Source: Rebecca billardiae RCC1528
Taxonomy: Eukaryota > Protista > Haptophyta
Assembly (NCBI GenBank): GCA_965240325.2
Contig: OZ251253.1
Span: 1 to 64,000 of the forward strand
Reading direction: 5' to 3'
Length of the DNA stretch: 64,000 nt
This document shows, in pieces, positions 32,252 through 43,800 of this stretch. Below the pieces are notes generated by a model. That model was not told the DNA's origin. It saw nothing but the letters and a program-made list of their open reading frames with translations, and did not search any database. The translations under genes were made by a program, and so were the position numbers. How positions within the stretch are numbered: the first letter of the stretch is position 1; each line of letters starts with the position of its first letter.

Positions 32252-33561
32252 CTGTGATGTATATATATATATGTCTAACCGTGGCCGTTCGATGACCAGT
32301 CGCGCCAACTCGAGCGTCGTCCGACGAGCGTGATCCCGAGCGGACTGACTGACTACGCTAGCGCTGCTATAGATATTAGATGACGACGCGACGACGACAG
32401 ACAGTCACGTCCGATCCGATGATGATGGCATCCGACGCCGATAACATATTCAGCATCGCGTAGCCTATACTCACTGGCGCGGCAGAGACACTGGCAAGTC
32501 GAGTATTATCGATATCACTTATCGTCACTTCATCAGTCTCAGATCGATCATATGTGTGATCGCAGGCGCCGCCGTCGGCGTCGCGGATGAGCGGCCGCCA
32601 TCAAGAGCAGTGGCACGGCATCCCGGGGCATCCGACAGGCGACAGCGGGCGGCGCCGCGTCACCTGAGGCGGCGAGGCCACGCCGGGACGCAACGCGGCG
32701 GAGTCAGTAGCAGCGAGTGGCGCCATCATACCGGTACCGCTTCCGCTACCCGTCGCCACTAAGACGCCGAATCGCGAGCGCAGTAGTATCGATCCGTGAC
32801 GACCGGGCGGTCGCGACGATCGTACCGCGCGGTACGCGCGATCATCCGGTCGATGTGACGACGACGACGCGATTATATATGCTGACGATGCCTCGATGAC
32901 TACGAGTCTCACTACTCGACGCATGTTATCGATGCGGGAGTCGACTACGACGCGCGCGCTGCTACGTCGTCGGATCGACGACTGCTTAGTGCGACGACTA
33001 GATAGGCCCGCACTATACTACTGATTGTGTCTCACGTAGAGTTATGCACGGCGTAGTGATGATACTATATGCTGACGATGAGCGCGTATAGTAGTCGTTC
33101 GGTCGTCGGACGTCGTGGACGACGCAATCGACGACTGCTACTCGCGGCGATGCGCGCTGATGCCGATACGGCAGCGTATAGCGCGTAGCGCATTATATTA
33201 TTTTGATATAGTACATCGATCACCAGGATCGTCGGGCGCATCATCGATCATCGCATCATCCTCATCAATGACGACTACGATATGTTTGTTACTGCTGCCG
33301 GCCAGATGATCGGACTTGCCGCGCGATGCCGATGATGATCCGGATGCGCGCGCGTCATGATGATATCGCGGTGCGGTAGTGACTGATGATGTCATCTGAG
33401 TGATGTTATCTAGATACGATCGATATGATGACGACGATGACACGGTGACGCCGCCGATCAGGACTACCGGCCTCGACTGACTTACAGCTTGGCGTGCGCG
33501 AGGCCACCCGGACCGCAAGCGGGGCCCCGCTCGGCCGGCCCGCGCGCGGCGCGCGCGCTCG

Positions 33562-36500
33562 TCAGGCCTGCGTCGTGTCGGCGGGGCTGTCGCGCGCGCG
33601 CCGCCGCGCGCCGGGCGTGACCGGCGCGCCGGCGCGCAGTCGGCGCGCCGGGCCGCTGCGCATCGACACGCCCGCCGCGTGGCGCAGCGCGATGGCGAGC
33701 GGCTCGCCGAGCACGAGCGCGAGCAGCGCGCCGATCCCCCACGCCGCCTCGACGGCGCGCGTCTGCGGCGCGCCAAACGCCGCGCCGAGGAGCGCGGCGG
33801 CGACGAGCAGCGCCGCCTCGAACGCGAGCGCGAGCGCCCACGCGAGCCCGGCGCGCACGCGCGCGGCGCGCTCGCTCGCAACGCTCGGCGGCGCGCGGCG
33901 CGCCCCGCGGCGCAGCTCGACGGTCTGGCGGAGCGCGAAGGAGGAGAGCAGCTCGGGCGCGCTCACCAGGCCGTCGCCGTCCAGGTCGATCTCGCGCATC
34001 AGCGCGCGCACCTCGGTGGGCGCGAGCGGGTCGCCGAGCTCGGCGGCGAGCAGCGCGAGGCCGGGCGCGTCGAGCAGCGCGCCGCGCCACCGCGCGTACG
34101 CGGTCGGCGAGGCCGGCGCGGGCGCAAACATGGCGTGCGCGGCGCGCAGCACGTGCGTCTCGCGCGGGCTGAGGCTCGCCAGCGCGCGCACGGACGCCGC
34201 GTCGAGCGCCACCTCGTACACGCCGGGCGCGAACGGGAGGCGCAGCTGGAAGGCGGGCGCGGGCGCGCCGCCGACGCCGCCGTCCGCCTCGTCGCCGCCG
34301 CCGGCCGCGTCCGCGGCCGGCGGCGGCTCGTCCCGGGGCGCGCGCGGGCGCGGGACGGGCACGGCGCGGTCGCGGCCGGCGGGCACGCCGAGCAGCGGCT
34401 GCGCGGCGGCGGCCGGCGGCGGCGGCGGCAGCGGCGGCGGCGGCAGCGGCTTGGGCGGCGGCACGGGCGCGGGCGCCTCGCTGCCGTCGACGAGCCGCGC
34501 GGGCGTCGGCGCGCCGCCCGCGGGCAGTGGCGGCAGCCGCGAGCGGCACGCGGCCGAGGACGTGACGCTCCCGCGCGGCGGCGTGGGCTGCGCGGCGGCG
34601 GGCGCGGCGGCGGGCGCGGCGGCGGGCGTGGGCCGCGCCGTCCGCGCGAGCGTCGCCGCGCTGATCGGCTTGCACGCCGCCTTCCTCATCGGCGCGCCCT
34701 GCGACTTGTCCTGCACCGCCGCCGCCGCGGCGGCCGCGGCCGCGGCCTCGGCGGCGGCGATGGCCGACGCGGACGTCTGCTCCGCTCCGCGCGCCGCGGC
34801 GGGCTCGGGCGGCGGCGGCGCCGTCGCCGGCGCGGCGGCGGCGGGCGCCGCGCGCGGCGGCGGCGCTGCGGCCGCTGCGGCCGCGTGCGCGCGCGACGCG
34901 CCAGCGCCCGCGTCGGCCGGTCGCGGCGCGTGCGCGTGCGCGGTCTCGGCGTGGGCCGCATCGGCGTCAGCGGCGCGCGGCGCCGGCGCCGGGGCTGGCG
35001 TCGGCGCGGGAGCCGGCGGCGTCGGCTCGGGCGCAGGCTTGGGCTTGGGCTTGGGCTCGGGCTCGGGCTCGCGCGGCGCGTCCGGCGTGGCGGGCACGGC
35101 GGCGGCGGCGGGCGCGGGCGTGCACGCGGCCTGGTCCGGCGGCCGCGGCGGCGCGGCGCCGGCCTGCGCGCCCTGCGCCGCCGGTGCGGCCGGCGGCGCG
35201 GGCTGCGGCTGCGGGTGCGCGGGCCTGGGCTGCGCCGTCTTTGCGAGCGCCGCGGCAGAGATGGGCTTGCACGCGGCCTTCTTCGGCGCGCCGGCGGCGG
35301 CGGCGGCCTGGCTCGCGCTGAGCGAGGGCGCGCGCCGCGCGCCCACCGCGCCCGAGCGCGTCGAGGAGGCCTGCGAGCCCGCGCGGCCGGCGCGCGAGGG
35401 CCCGCGCTGCGAGGGCTGCTTGGTGGGCGCGTACGCCGAGGCCGCCATCGCCATCGAGCTCTGCGGCTGCCCCGGCGCGCGCGAGCCCGGCGGCTTGGAG
35501 GGCGTGCGGCCGAGCGGCGCCGCGCTGCCCGCGACCGACGGCGCGCGGCTCGGCGGCTTGCTCGGCGCGGGCGAGGCCGACGCCGAGGTCCAGCCGTCGC
35601 GCAGCGGCGTGACGGCGCCGCTCGGCGTCGCGGACGGCGGCGGCAGCCGCGTCGTGCGCGCCGCGCGCCGCGGCACCTCGTCCGCTTCGCCCGCTTCGCC
35701 GCCGCCCCTGGAGGGCGCGCGCGCGAGCGCGGGCGCGACCGCGCGGTCGGCTGCGCGCTGCGCAGAGCCCGCGCCGCCGACGGCGGCGGTGCCCGGCCGT
35801 GCGAGCGGGGCGGCGGCCGGGCGCGGCGCGAGCACGGCCACGGGCGGCGCGCCGCCCGCGCCCGGCGGCGGCAGCCGCCCGGCGGTGCGCGGCCGCAGGT
35901 CGGCCGGCGGCGGCACGCGCTGCGAGACGCGCAGCTGCTGCCGCGGCTGCGACTGCTGCGACGCGGAGGCGGAGGGCGCGCGCGCGGCCGCGGGGCGGTC
36001 GCCGCCGCTCGCCGCGGACGGCGGCAGAGGCTCGGCGGGCGGCGAGCGCGGCGGCGAGGGCGGCGGCGAGGGCGGCGGCGGCGCGAGGCGCGCGAGCGGG
36101 CTCGCGAGCGGCTCGCGCGCCGCCGGCGCGAGCGCGGCAAGCCCAAGCCGCAGCGGCGGCGGCGGCGAGCTGACGGGCGAGCTGCGCGACGAGCTGGGCG
36201 AGCTCAGCGTCGCGCTGCGCCGCGGCGCGCTGCGCCCGTCGCGCGCCCGCGGCGACGGCTCGTCCGACGGGCTGCCGCTGCCGCTGCCGCTGCAGCCGGC
36301 CGACGGCACGCGGCCGGCGCCGCGCGTGGCGGCGAGGTGGATGCGCAGGCTCGGCTGGCACGGCGCGGGGGGCGAGGGCGGCGGCGGCCGCGGCGAGGGC
36401 TGCGCCGCGCCGCGCGGCTGGTCGAGCGGGTCAGCGAGCTCTGGCGAGCGGCGCAGCACGACCTCGGCGCCGCGGCGCGCGCTCTGCTGCAGCGAGCCAA

Positions 36501-37771
36501 ACAGCGCCCCGCCGGTCGGCGAGCGCGCGCGCGCCGTGCGCCCGAGCAGGCTGGCGAGAGCGTTCTGCAGCGAGCGCGCGCCGTCGGCGCCGTGCGAATC
36601 GACCGAGCCGACCGAGCTGCGCGCGGAGCGGACCCGCGGCGAGCGCGACCGCCGCGAGGCGCGGCGCGGCGGCTCGGCGACCGGGAGCGCTCCGCGCGAG
36701 AGCCTGGCGGCGGCGCTCTGCGGCCGGCGCGCGAGCTGGTCCAAGGCGCCCGCCGCGGGCTGCACCGCCTGGCACGGCGCGACAATGTTGCCCGTCGTGA
36801 CGAGCCCGCCGCGCGTGAAGCTCGCCGACGACGGCCGCTCGGGCAGCGTGTACGCGGCGAGGTCGGCGGCGCGCGTGCGCACGGGCCGCACGCGGTCGGC
36901 GCCGGCGGCGGGAGACACGCTCGGCGGCGGCGGCGGCGCGAGCGCGGGCGCGGGCCCCGGCGGCTCGCGCCACGACGCGCCCGCGCCCGCCGAGGACGGC
37001 GAGGACGGGCCGGCCGACGGCGTCGCGAGCGCCGCGCGCTGCGCGGGCGAGGGCGGCGCCTTGGCCGCGGAGAGGCCGCCGGGCGACGGCAGCGGCCGGC
37101 GGCGGCTCGGCGAGCGGCTCGGCGAGGGCCCCGCCGCGCCTGCCGCGCCCGTTGGCGGCGCCTTGGGAGCCTGCGGCGCGCTGCCGCGCGCGAGCGCGGC
37201 GACGCGCTCGGTGACGTGCTCGAGCTCGTCCAGCGCGCCGCGCGCGAGCGCGCCCAGCCGGTCGAAGAGGCGCGCGTGCGGCGGCGCGCGCGTGCGCCCG
37301 TACGCCACGCGCCACAGCACGCGCATGCCGCCGAGCGCGAGGCTGCCCGCGACGCCGAGCAGCGCGCCGAGCGCGGCGATCGCGCCGAGCGGCGCCGGCC
37401 CGTCGGCGGGCGCCGGCGCGAGCACGTCGGCGCCGAGCGCGCACGCCAGCGCGAGCTGCAGCGCGAGCGTCTCGAAGAGCGTCTGCACCGCCTCGGCCGC
37501 GCGCGGGCTCGCCGTCGGCGCGGTCGCGAGGAGCGGCGCGAGCGCGTGCTCGTCGAGCACGCGCACCCACGCGTCCTCCAGCCCCGCGCGCGCGCGCCCG
37601 GCCCGCGTGGTCGGCACCGGCCGCGGCGTGCGCAGGCCGCCCGAGCGCCACGGCGCCGCCGTGCTGCGCGCCGGCTCGACCATGGCACCCGCCTCCGGCT
37701 CGATGCGCGTGCGCCGGAAGGCGACGGCGGGCGGCGCCTTCTTCGACCGCGGGCGCGCGCGCGCGCCGGGC

Positions 37772-37812
<41 letters not shown>

Positions 37813-40800
37813 TGGCGCGCCCTGCGTCGGCGGCGGCAGGCGCGGGAACGTGCGGAGCAGCGGCCGCGTCTTGTCGAAGACCGACGGGCTCGGCGCCTCG
37901 CGCGGCGTGGCGGCGAGCTGCGCGGCCGCCTCGCGCTCCGAGTGCTGCCACGCGCGGTACCGGCGCACCGTGCGCTTGTCGGCCAGCCACGCGCCGCCGA
38001 GCGCGAGCGCCTGCACGGCCGCGAGCAGCACGACGAGCGCCGCGATGCTCGAGAGCGCGGCGGCCGCCGTCTCCGCGAGCTGCACGCTCGCGCCGTGCTC
38101 GCCCGCCGCCGGCCCGCCCTCGCCCGCACCCGCGTCGTCGTCGCCGTCGCCGCCGCCGCCGCCGCCGTCGCCGTCGCCGGGCGCGCCGCCGCCGCCCTCG
38201 TCCGCGTACACGGGCACGCGGATGCCCGCAAAGTCGGTCAGGTGCGTGCACAGGCAGTACAGCAGCGAGGGGTCGAGCCCGCGCGGGGTGGCGACCGTGT
38301 CGCACCCGCTCTGCGTCCACACGCGCGCCGCCTCGTCGTAGTGGTGGCAGAGCGTCTCGTACCCGACGACGACGGCCGCCGGCTCGGGCTCGGGCTCGGC
38401 CTGCGCCTGCTGCCGCAGCGCGCGCCGGCCGAGGCGCGCGGCGGCGGCGGCCGCGGCCTCGGTGCTGCGCGGCGGGATGCCGATGAGGAACGGCTCGGCG
38501 AGCTGCTCGACGCTGAGCTCGGCGCCGCCCACCTCGTACAGCGTGACGGTGAAGATGTTCGTCGCGAGCGACTCGACCGGGTCGGTGACTTCGTGCACCT
38601 CGCGCGCCACCGAGTAGAGGATCACGTCCACGCCCGACTCGGAGGCCGCCTCGGTGAGCGAGTCGACCACCGAGTCCGAGACGAGCAGCCCGCCGTACCC
38701 GTCGGTCGCCTCGATCCAGCCGCCGGAGAGCAGGCCCTCCACCGTCGCGCGCTGCGTCGTGATGTTGAACGCGCGGCCGCTCAGCGAGACCGCCGCCTCG
38801 CCGGGCACGGTGCCGATCAGCATCGCGGCCGCGAGGCCGACCGCCGCCGAGGTGGTCGAGGCGGAGAGCGCCGCGCCCGCGTCGCCGCTCAGCGCGGCGT
38901 CGTCCGCCGAGAGCACCGCGTCGATCGAGTCGAAGAGCGCGCGCGCCGTGCCCGCGTCCAGGCCGGTGCCCGACGTCCGCGCGTCGTCCGCGAGCTGCGC
39001 GGCGAGCGAGAGGCCGGCCGCCTGCGTGGCGGCCGTGAGCGGGACGGGCGTGTTGAGCACGGACGAGAGCGCCTGCGCCGAGAGCGCGCGCGCCTCCGAC
39101 GTGCCGGGCGAGACGCCCGCCGCGTCCTCGGTGACGGCCATCAGCGCGCCCACGAGCGTCTCGACCGTCGCCGCGCCCGACGCGGACGACAGCGCCTCGT
39201 CCGCGTCGTACGAGACGAGCCACGCGAGCATGTCGACCAGCTGGTTGGCGGTGGTCGCGTCCGAGCGGTCGACCGCGGCGCGCGCCTGCGTGAGCAGGTC
39301 GCTCAGCGCCTGCGTGACGTTGATGGTGCGCGGCGGCGCCTCGACCTCGACCGGCGCCGCCGCGCTCGCGAGCCCGCCGCTCGCGTCCGCCGCCGTCACC
39401 GTCGCGGTGCGGTTGCCCGCGGGCAGCGACGCCTCGAAGGCGGGCGACCAGCGCGGGCCGCCGAGGAAGCCGCCGGACGCGACGGCGGTGATCCCGCGCG
39501 CGCCGCTCGAGAGCGCGTGCGAGAACGAGTAGAGCAGCGGCAGGTCGTCGGCGTCGTCCGTCCAGCCGGCGGTGAGCAGCGTGAAGCGCGTCTCCAGCGC
39601 CGCGCCGCGCGCGGGCGAGACGCTCAGCGTGCCGCCGAATGGCGGGCGGTTCATCAGCACGACGATGGAGGAGACGGCGGACGCGTTGTTCACGCCGGGG
39701 CTCACCGTCAGCTCGAACGCGTACCGCGCGCCCGCGGAGAGCACGTCGCGGAAGAAGGCGAGGCTGGGCCCGGCGTCGCCCGTCGTCGTGACCGCCGCCG
39801 TGTCGTTGAGCGCGAGCCCCGCGTCGACCGCGCCGCCGCCGCCGGGCAGCACGAGCAGCGCGCGCCAGCGGTACGAGTAGCTGACCGCGCCGCTCGCGGC
39901 GAGCGCCGCCGACGCGGCGTCCAGGCTCGTGTCGATCACGAGCCGCCGCTCGGGCGTGCGCCACGACGGGTTGTACTTGTCGAGCGCGAGCGAGGCGAAC
40001 GTGATGACCGGCAGCGCGTCCGCCACGACCTCGAGCGCGACCTGGGCGCTGTCCGCGCCAGGCACGCCGGGCTTGGAGACGGTGACGCGCAGCGTGTACG
40101 TGCCCGGCGCGAGCGAGAGCGGCGGCAGCGCAAACGTCGAGCCGTTCGCGCGCGCGGTCGCGTCGAGCAGCGCGGCGGTGCCGTCGGGCGTGAGCGCGGA
40201 CACGGCGCTCGGCCACTCCCACGAGAAGCGCAGCCCCGCCGCGCCGTCCGCGACGTTGGGGTCGACCGAGGCGGACGCGTCGACGGCGAGCGCGTCGAGC
40301 GCAGAGACGCGCCTGTCGCCGCCGGCGATCACCGCGCGCACGGGCTGCTGCTCGACGACCACCGACACGGCCGCCTCGGTGCTCGCGCTCGGGTCGGCCG
40401 CCATCCACGCGCGCACGCGGAAGTGGTACGTGCGCAGCGGCAGCACCGAGAAGCGCGGCAGCAGCCACGAGGCGAGCGTCTCGCCCGCGCGCAGCGCGAG
40501 CGGGACCGACGCGTTGTCGTCGCTCACGTCCGCGCCGGAGGCGCTCAGCGTCACGCGCTCGACGCTCCACCGGAAGGCCATCAGCCGGCCGACGCCGCGC
40601 GGCCAGCACGGCGAGAGCTGCGCGAGGCCGGCGTCGGCCGCGAGCAGCAGCGGGCGGTCGGCGGTGGTGCTGCGCACCGCCGGCCCGTCGATCGAGATGC
40701 TCGGGCTCGCCACGCCCGCGCGCTCGATGCGCACGGACGCGAGCTCAGACGTGAGCCCGAGGAAGGAGGTCACGCGCAGCACAAAGACGTAGCCGAGCGC

Positions 40801-43800
40801 GATGTTGTCGCTGAGCGCGTCGAGGGCGAGGACGGGCGTGGAGAGGGGCAGCTGCGCGAGCTGCGCGTTGAGCGCGCCCGCGTCGTCCGAGCGCGACGGG
40901 TCGAGGCGCCACTCGTACTCGAGCGGCACGATGCCCGCGCCGCTCGAGCCGCTGCCGTCGAGCCGCACGCGCTCGCCCGAGCACACGGAGAGCTGGCGCG
41001 GGCCGCTGATCTGCGCGACGGGCGTCGGGCAGCCCGCGGCGCCGCACGGGTCGTCGCCGCTGATCACCACCGACGCCGCGGCGTTGCGCTCGGCGGGCGA
41101 GCAGCGCGACGGCTGCGCGGCGCAGGCGGCGGGCCGCAGCACAGCCGCGCGCACGCCCACCGCCGAGCCAGGCCGCACGGCCGTCGTGGCGCTGAGCTGC
41201 GCGACGAGCGTCGACTCGTCCTGCCAGTAGCACAGCGGCGCGACGCCGCCGGCCGCCGCGCCGCGCACGAGCGCCACGGCCTCGTCGTCGAGCACCGCCG
41301 CGCACGCAGAGAGCGACTCGCCCATGCCCGCGCGGTCCGTGGGCTGCGCGTCGAACTCGAGCAGCAGCCGCGTCGCGCTCGCGTCAAAGCGCGCGCGCTC
41401 GAGCACCGGCGCGTGCAGCCCGGTGAGCTCGAAGAGCACGGCGCTCGGCCCGCCCGGCGCCGCGGGCGCGAACTGCTGCCCGTTGAGCGCCACGCGGAGC
41501 TCCACGGCGCCCTCGGGCCCGTACGTGGCGAGCTGCTCGATCGACTCCGCGGCGAGGCCGGCCGGTGGGCCAGACGCGACCACGTCGCCAAACGCCACGC
41601 GCGCGAGCGCGTCTAGACCGGACGGCACGAGCGCGTCGAAGCCCACGCCGGCGATTGTCGTGCGCGTGCCAGCGACGCCGCTCGCGGGGCTCACCGACGT
41701 CACGCTCGGCTCGACGTAGTACACAAACGGCAGGCCGTCGGAGGTGGTCGAGCCGGCGATGCCGCCACCGAGCGACAGCTCGAGCGCGAGCGCGGCCGCG
41801 CCGCCGCCAGGCGCGCGCGGCAGCGTGCAGCGCGCGCGCGTGCTGCCGTCCGGCGCGGCTGGCAGCAGCGTCGCGTTGGCCGCGCAGTCGGCGCCGAGCG
41901 CGGGGAGCACGCAGCAGAGCATGCCCGCGCCGTGGTCGGCGAACCCGACGCCCTGAAGCGTCACGACCGTGCCGCCGCCCACCGGCCCTGCCGGCGGGTG
42001 CAGCGCGTGCACGGCCAGCGACGACACGTCGTACAGCTCAAAGGCGAGAGCGCCGAACAGCGCGGGCACGGGCGTCGGGCTGTTGGCCAGCCAGAGCGAG
42101 ACGGCGTACGAGCCCAGCCCAAGGCCAGGCGGCACGGGGCACTCGGCACGCGAGCCGCTCAGCACGCTGGCCGCCGACCTGAGCACGGCGCCACTCGCGT
42201 CCTCGAAGGCGCACTCCTCGCCACCGCGGGCGTCCACAAAGCCGGAGCCGTGCAGCGTGAGCGCTGGCTGCAGCCCTTCCACGAGCGGCGCGCCGGACGG
42301 CGAGAGGCCGAGCAGCACGGCGAGGTACGAGGGCGGCGGCGGCGGCGAGGGCGGCGGCGGCGGCGGCGCGCTGGGCGGCGGCGCGGGCGGCATGTGCGCG
42401 CGCGGCACGGCGAGCACGACGACGCCCAGCCGCGCAGAGAGCGCCTCGAGGCTCGGCGAGGCCGCCTCGGCGGAGCCGGGCGTGAGCGCAGCCACCAGCT
42501 CCACTGGCGGCGCCTCGACGTCGCCGCCGCCGCCGTCGCTGGAGGCAGGCGTGGTGAGCTTGAGCACGACGCCGAGGCCGTCCGCGCGCGGCGCGGCGCC
42601 GTCGATGCTCAGCCGGCCCGCGTCCACGCCGAGCTCGACAGCAAGCGCCGCGATGAGAGCCTCCGTGCGCGCGCCGTCGAGCTCGTGTGCGCCCAGCTCG
42701 AGCACGAGCAGCGCGTACTGCTCGGTCGAGAAGTCGGGCGGCGGCGAGGGCGGCGCGGGCGGCGGCGACGGGCTCGGAGGGGGCGAAGGCGGGGCTGGCG
42801 GCGGCAAAGGCGGCACGTGGTTGTACGGCAGCGCGCGCACGGGCACGCCCAGCGCGGCCGAGAGCTCAGCCAGGCTCGCGGGCGACGTCGGCGTCGCGCC
42901 CGGGGTGAAGGCAGCGGTGGGGTCCACTGCGGACTCGCCAGCGGATGGATCCGTCGTGACACGGAAAACAACGCGCAGCAGGCCGTCGCCCGCATGGACG
43001 CGCTCGACGCTCACGCGCGACGCGTCCACGCCGAGCTCGGCCGCCACGCGCGACACCGTCTGCGCCGTCACCGCGGCGAACGCGACGGGCGTCATGTCGA
43101 GCTGCAGCACGACGTACTCCTCGCGGTCGAAGCTCGGCGGGGGCGAGGGCGACGGCGGCTGGGGCGGCGGCGACGGCGGCACGTGCCGATGCGGCGCGTC
43201 GACCACCAGCACGCCCAGCGCGCGAGAGAGCGCCTCGAGGTCGGCGGGCGACGACGCGCTCGCGCCGGGCGTGAGCACAGCCACCGCGTCGACCGCGCGC
43301 TCGCCCGCGCCGCCGTCCGTGCTGAGCGTGAACACCACGTCCAGCAGCCCGTCGTCCGTGGTCGTCACAGAGCCCACGGCCAGCCGCTCCACGCCCACGC
43401 CCAGCGCGTCGGCGAGCGAGGCGAGCACGAAGCTGCTCGCGCCGTCAAACTCGGCGGCCGTCACGTTCAGCGTGAGCGCCACGTACTGCGTGCCCGCGGA
43501 CGCGTCGGGCGGCGGGCTCGGCGGCGAGGGCGGGCGCGGAGGCGGCGACGGCGCCGCGGGCGGTGCGGGTGGCGGCGAGGACGGGCGCGGCGGCGAGGGC
43601 GGCGGCGACGGCGGCGCGTGCGCACGGGGCGCGCTGGCCACTGGCACGCCCAGCAGCGCCGACAGCTCGGCCAGGCTCGCCGGAGACTCGGCCGTCGCGC
43701 CCGGCGTGAGCGCGCCCACCGGGTCGGCGACGGGCACCTCGTCGAGCAGCGGCGCCGTCGTCACGCGCACCACCACGTCGAGCAGCCCACCCTCGCCGCT

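Noticed and set aside
32255-33480. GAT/GAC/TAC-rich low-complexity intergenic DNA with short ORFs
   Set aside because: It has the same texture as other intergenic or 3' regions in this window (~4700-5100, ~8170-8420, ~24000-24250), with no periodicity or coding signal that I can support.
29657-38060. Functional Ca2+ gene cluster formed by EF-PTOX and the EF-hand receptor
   Set aside because: The proteins act in different compartments, the genes are convergent, and EF-hands are common. Adjacency alone is not evidence.
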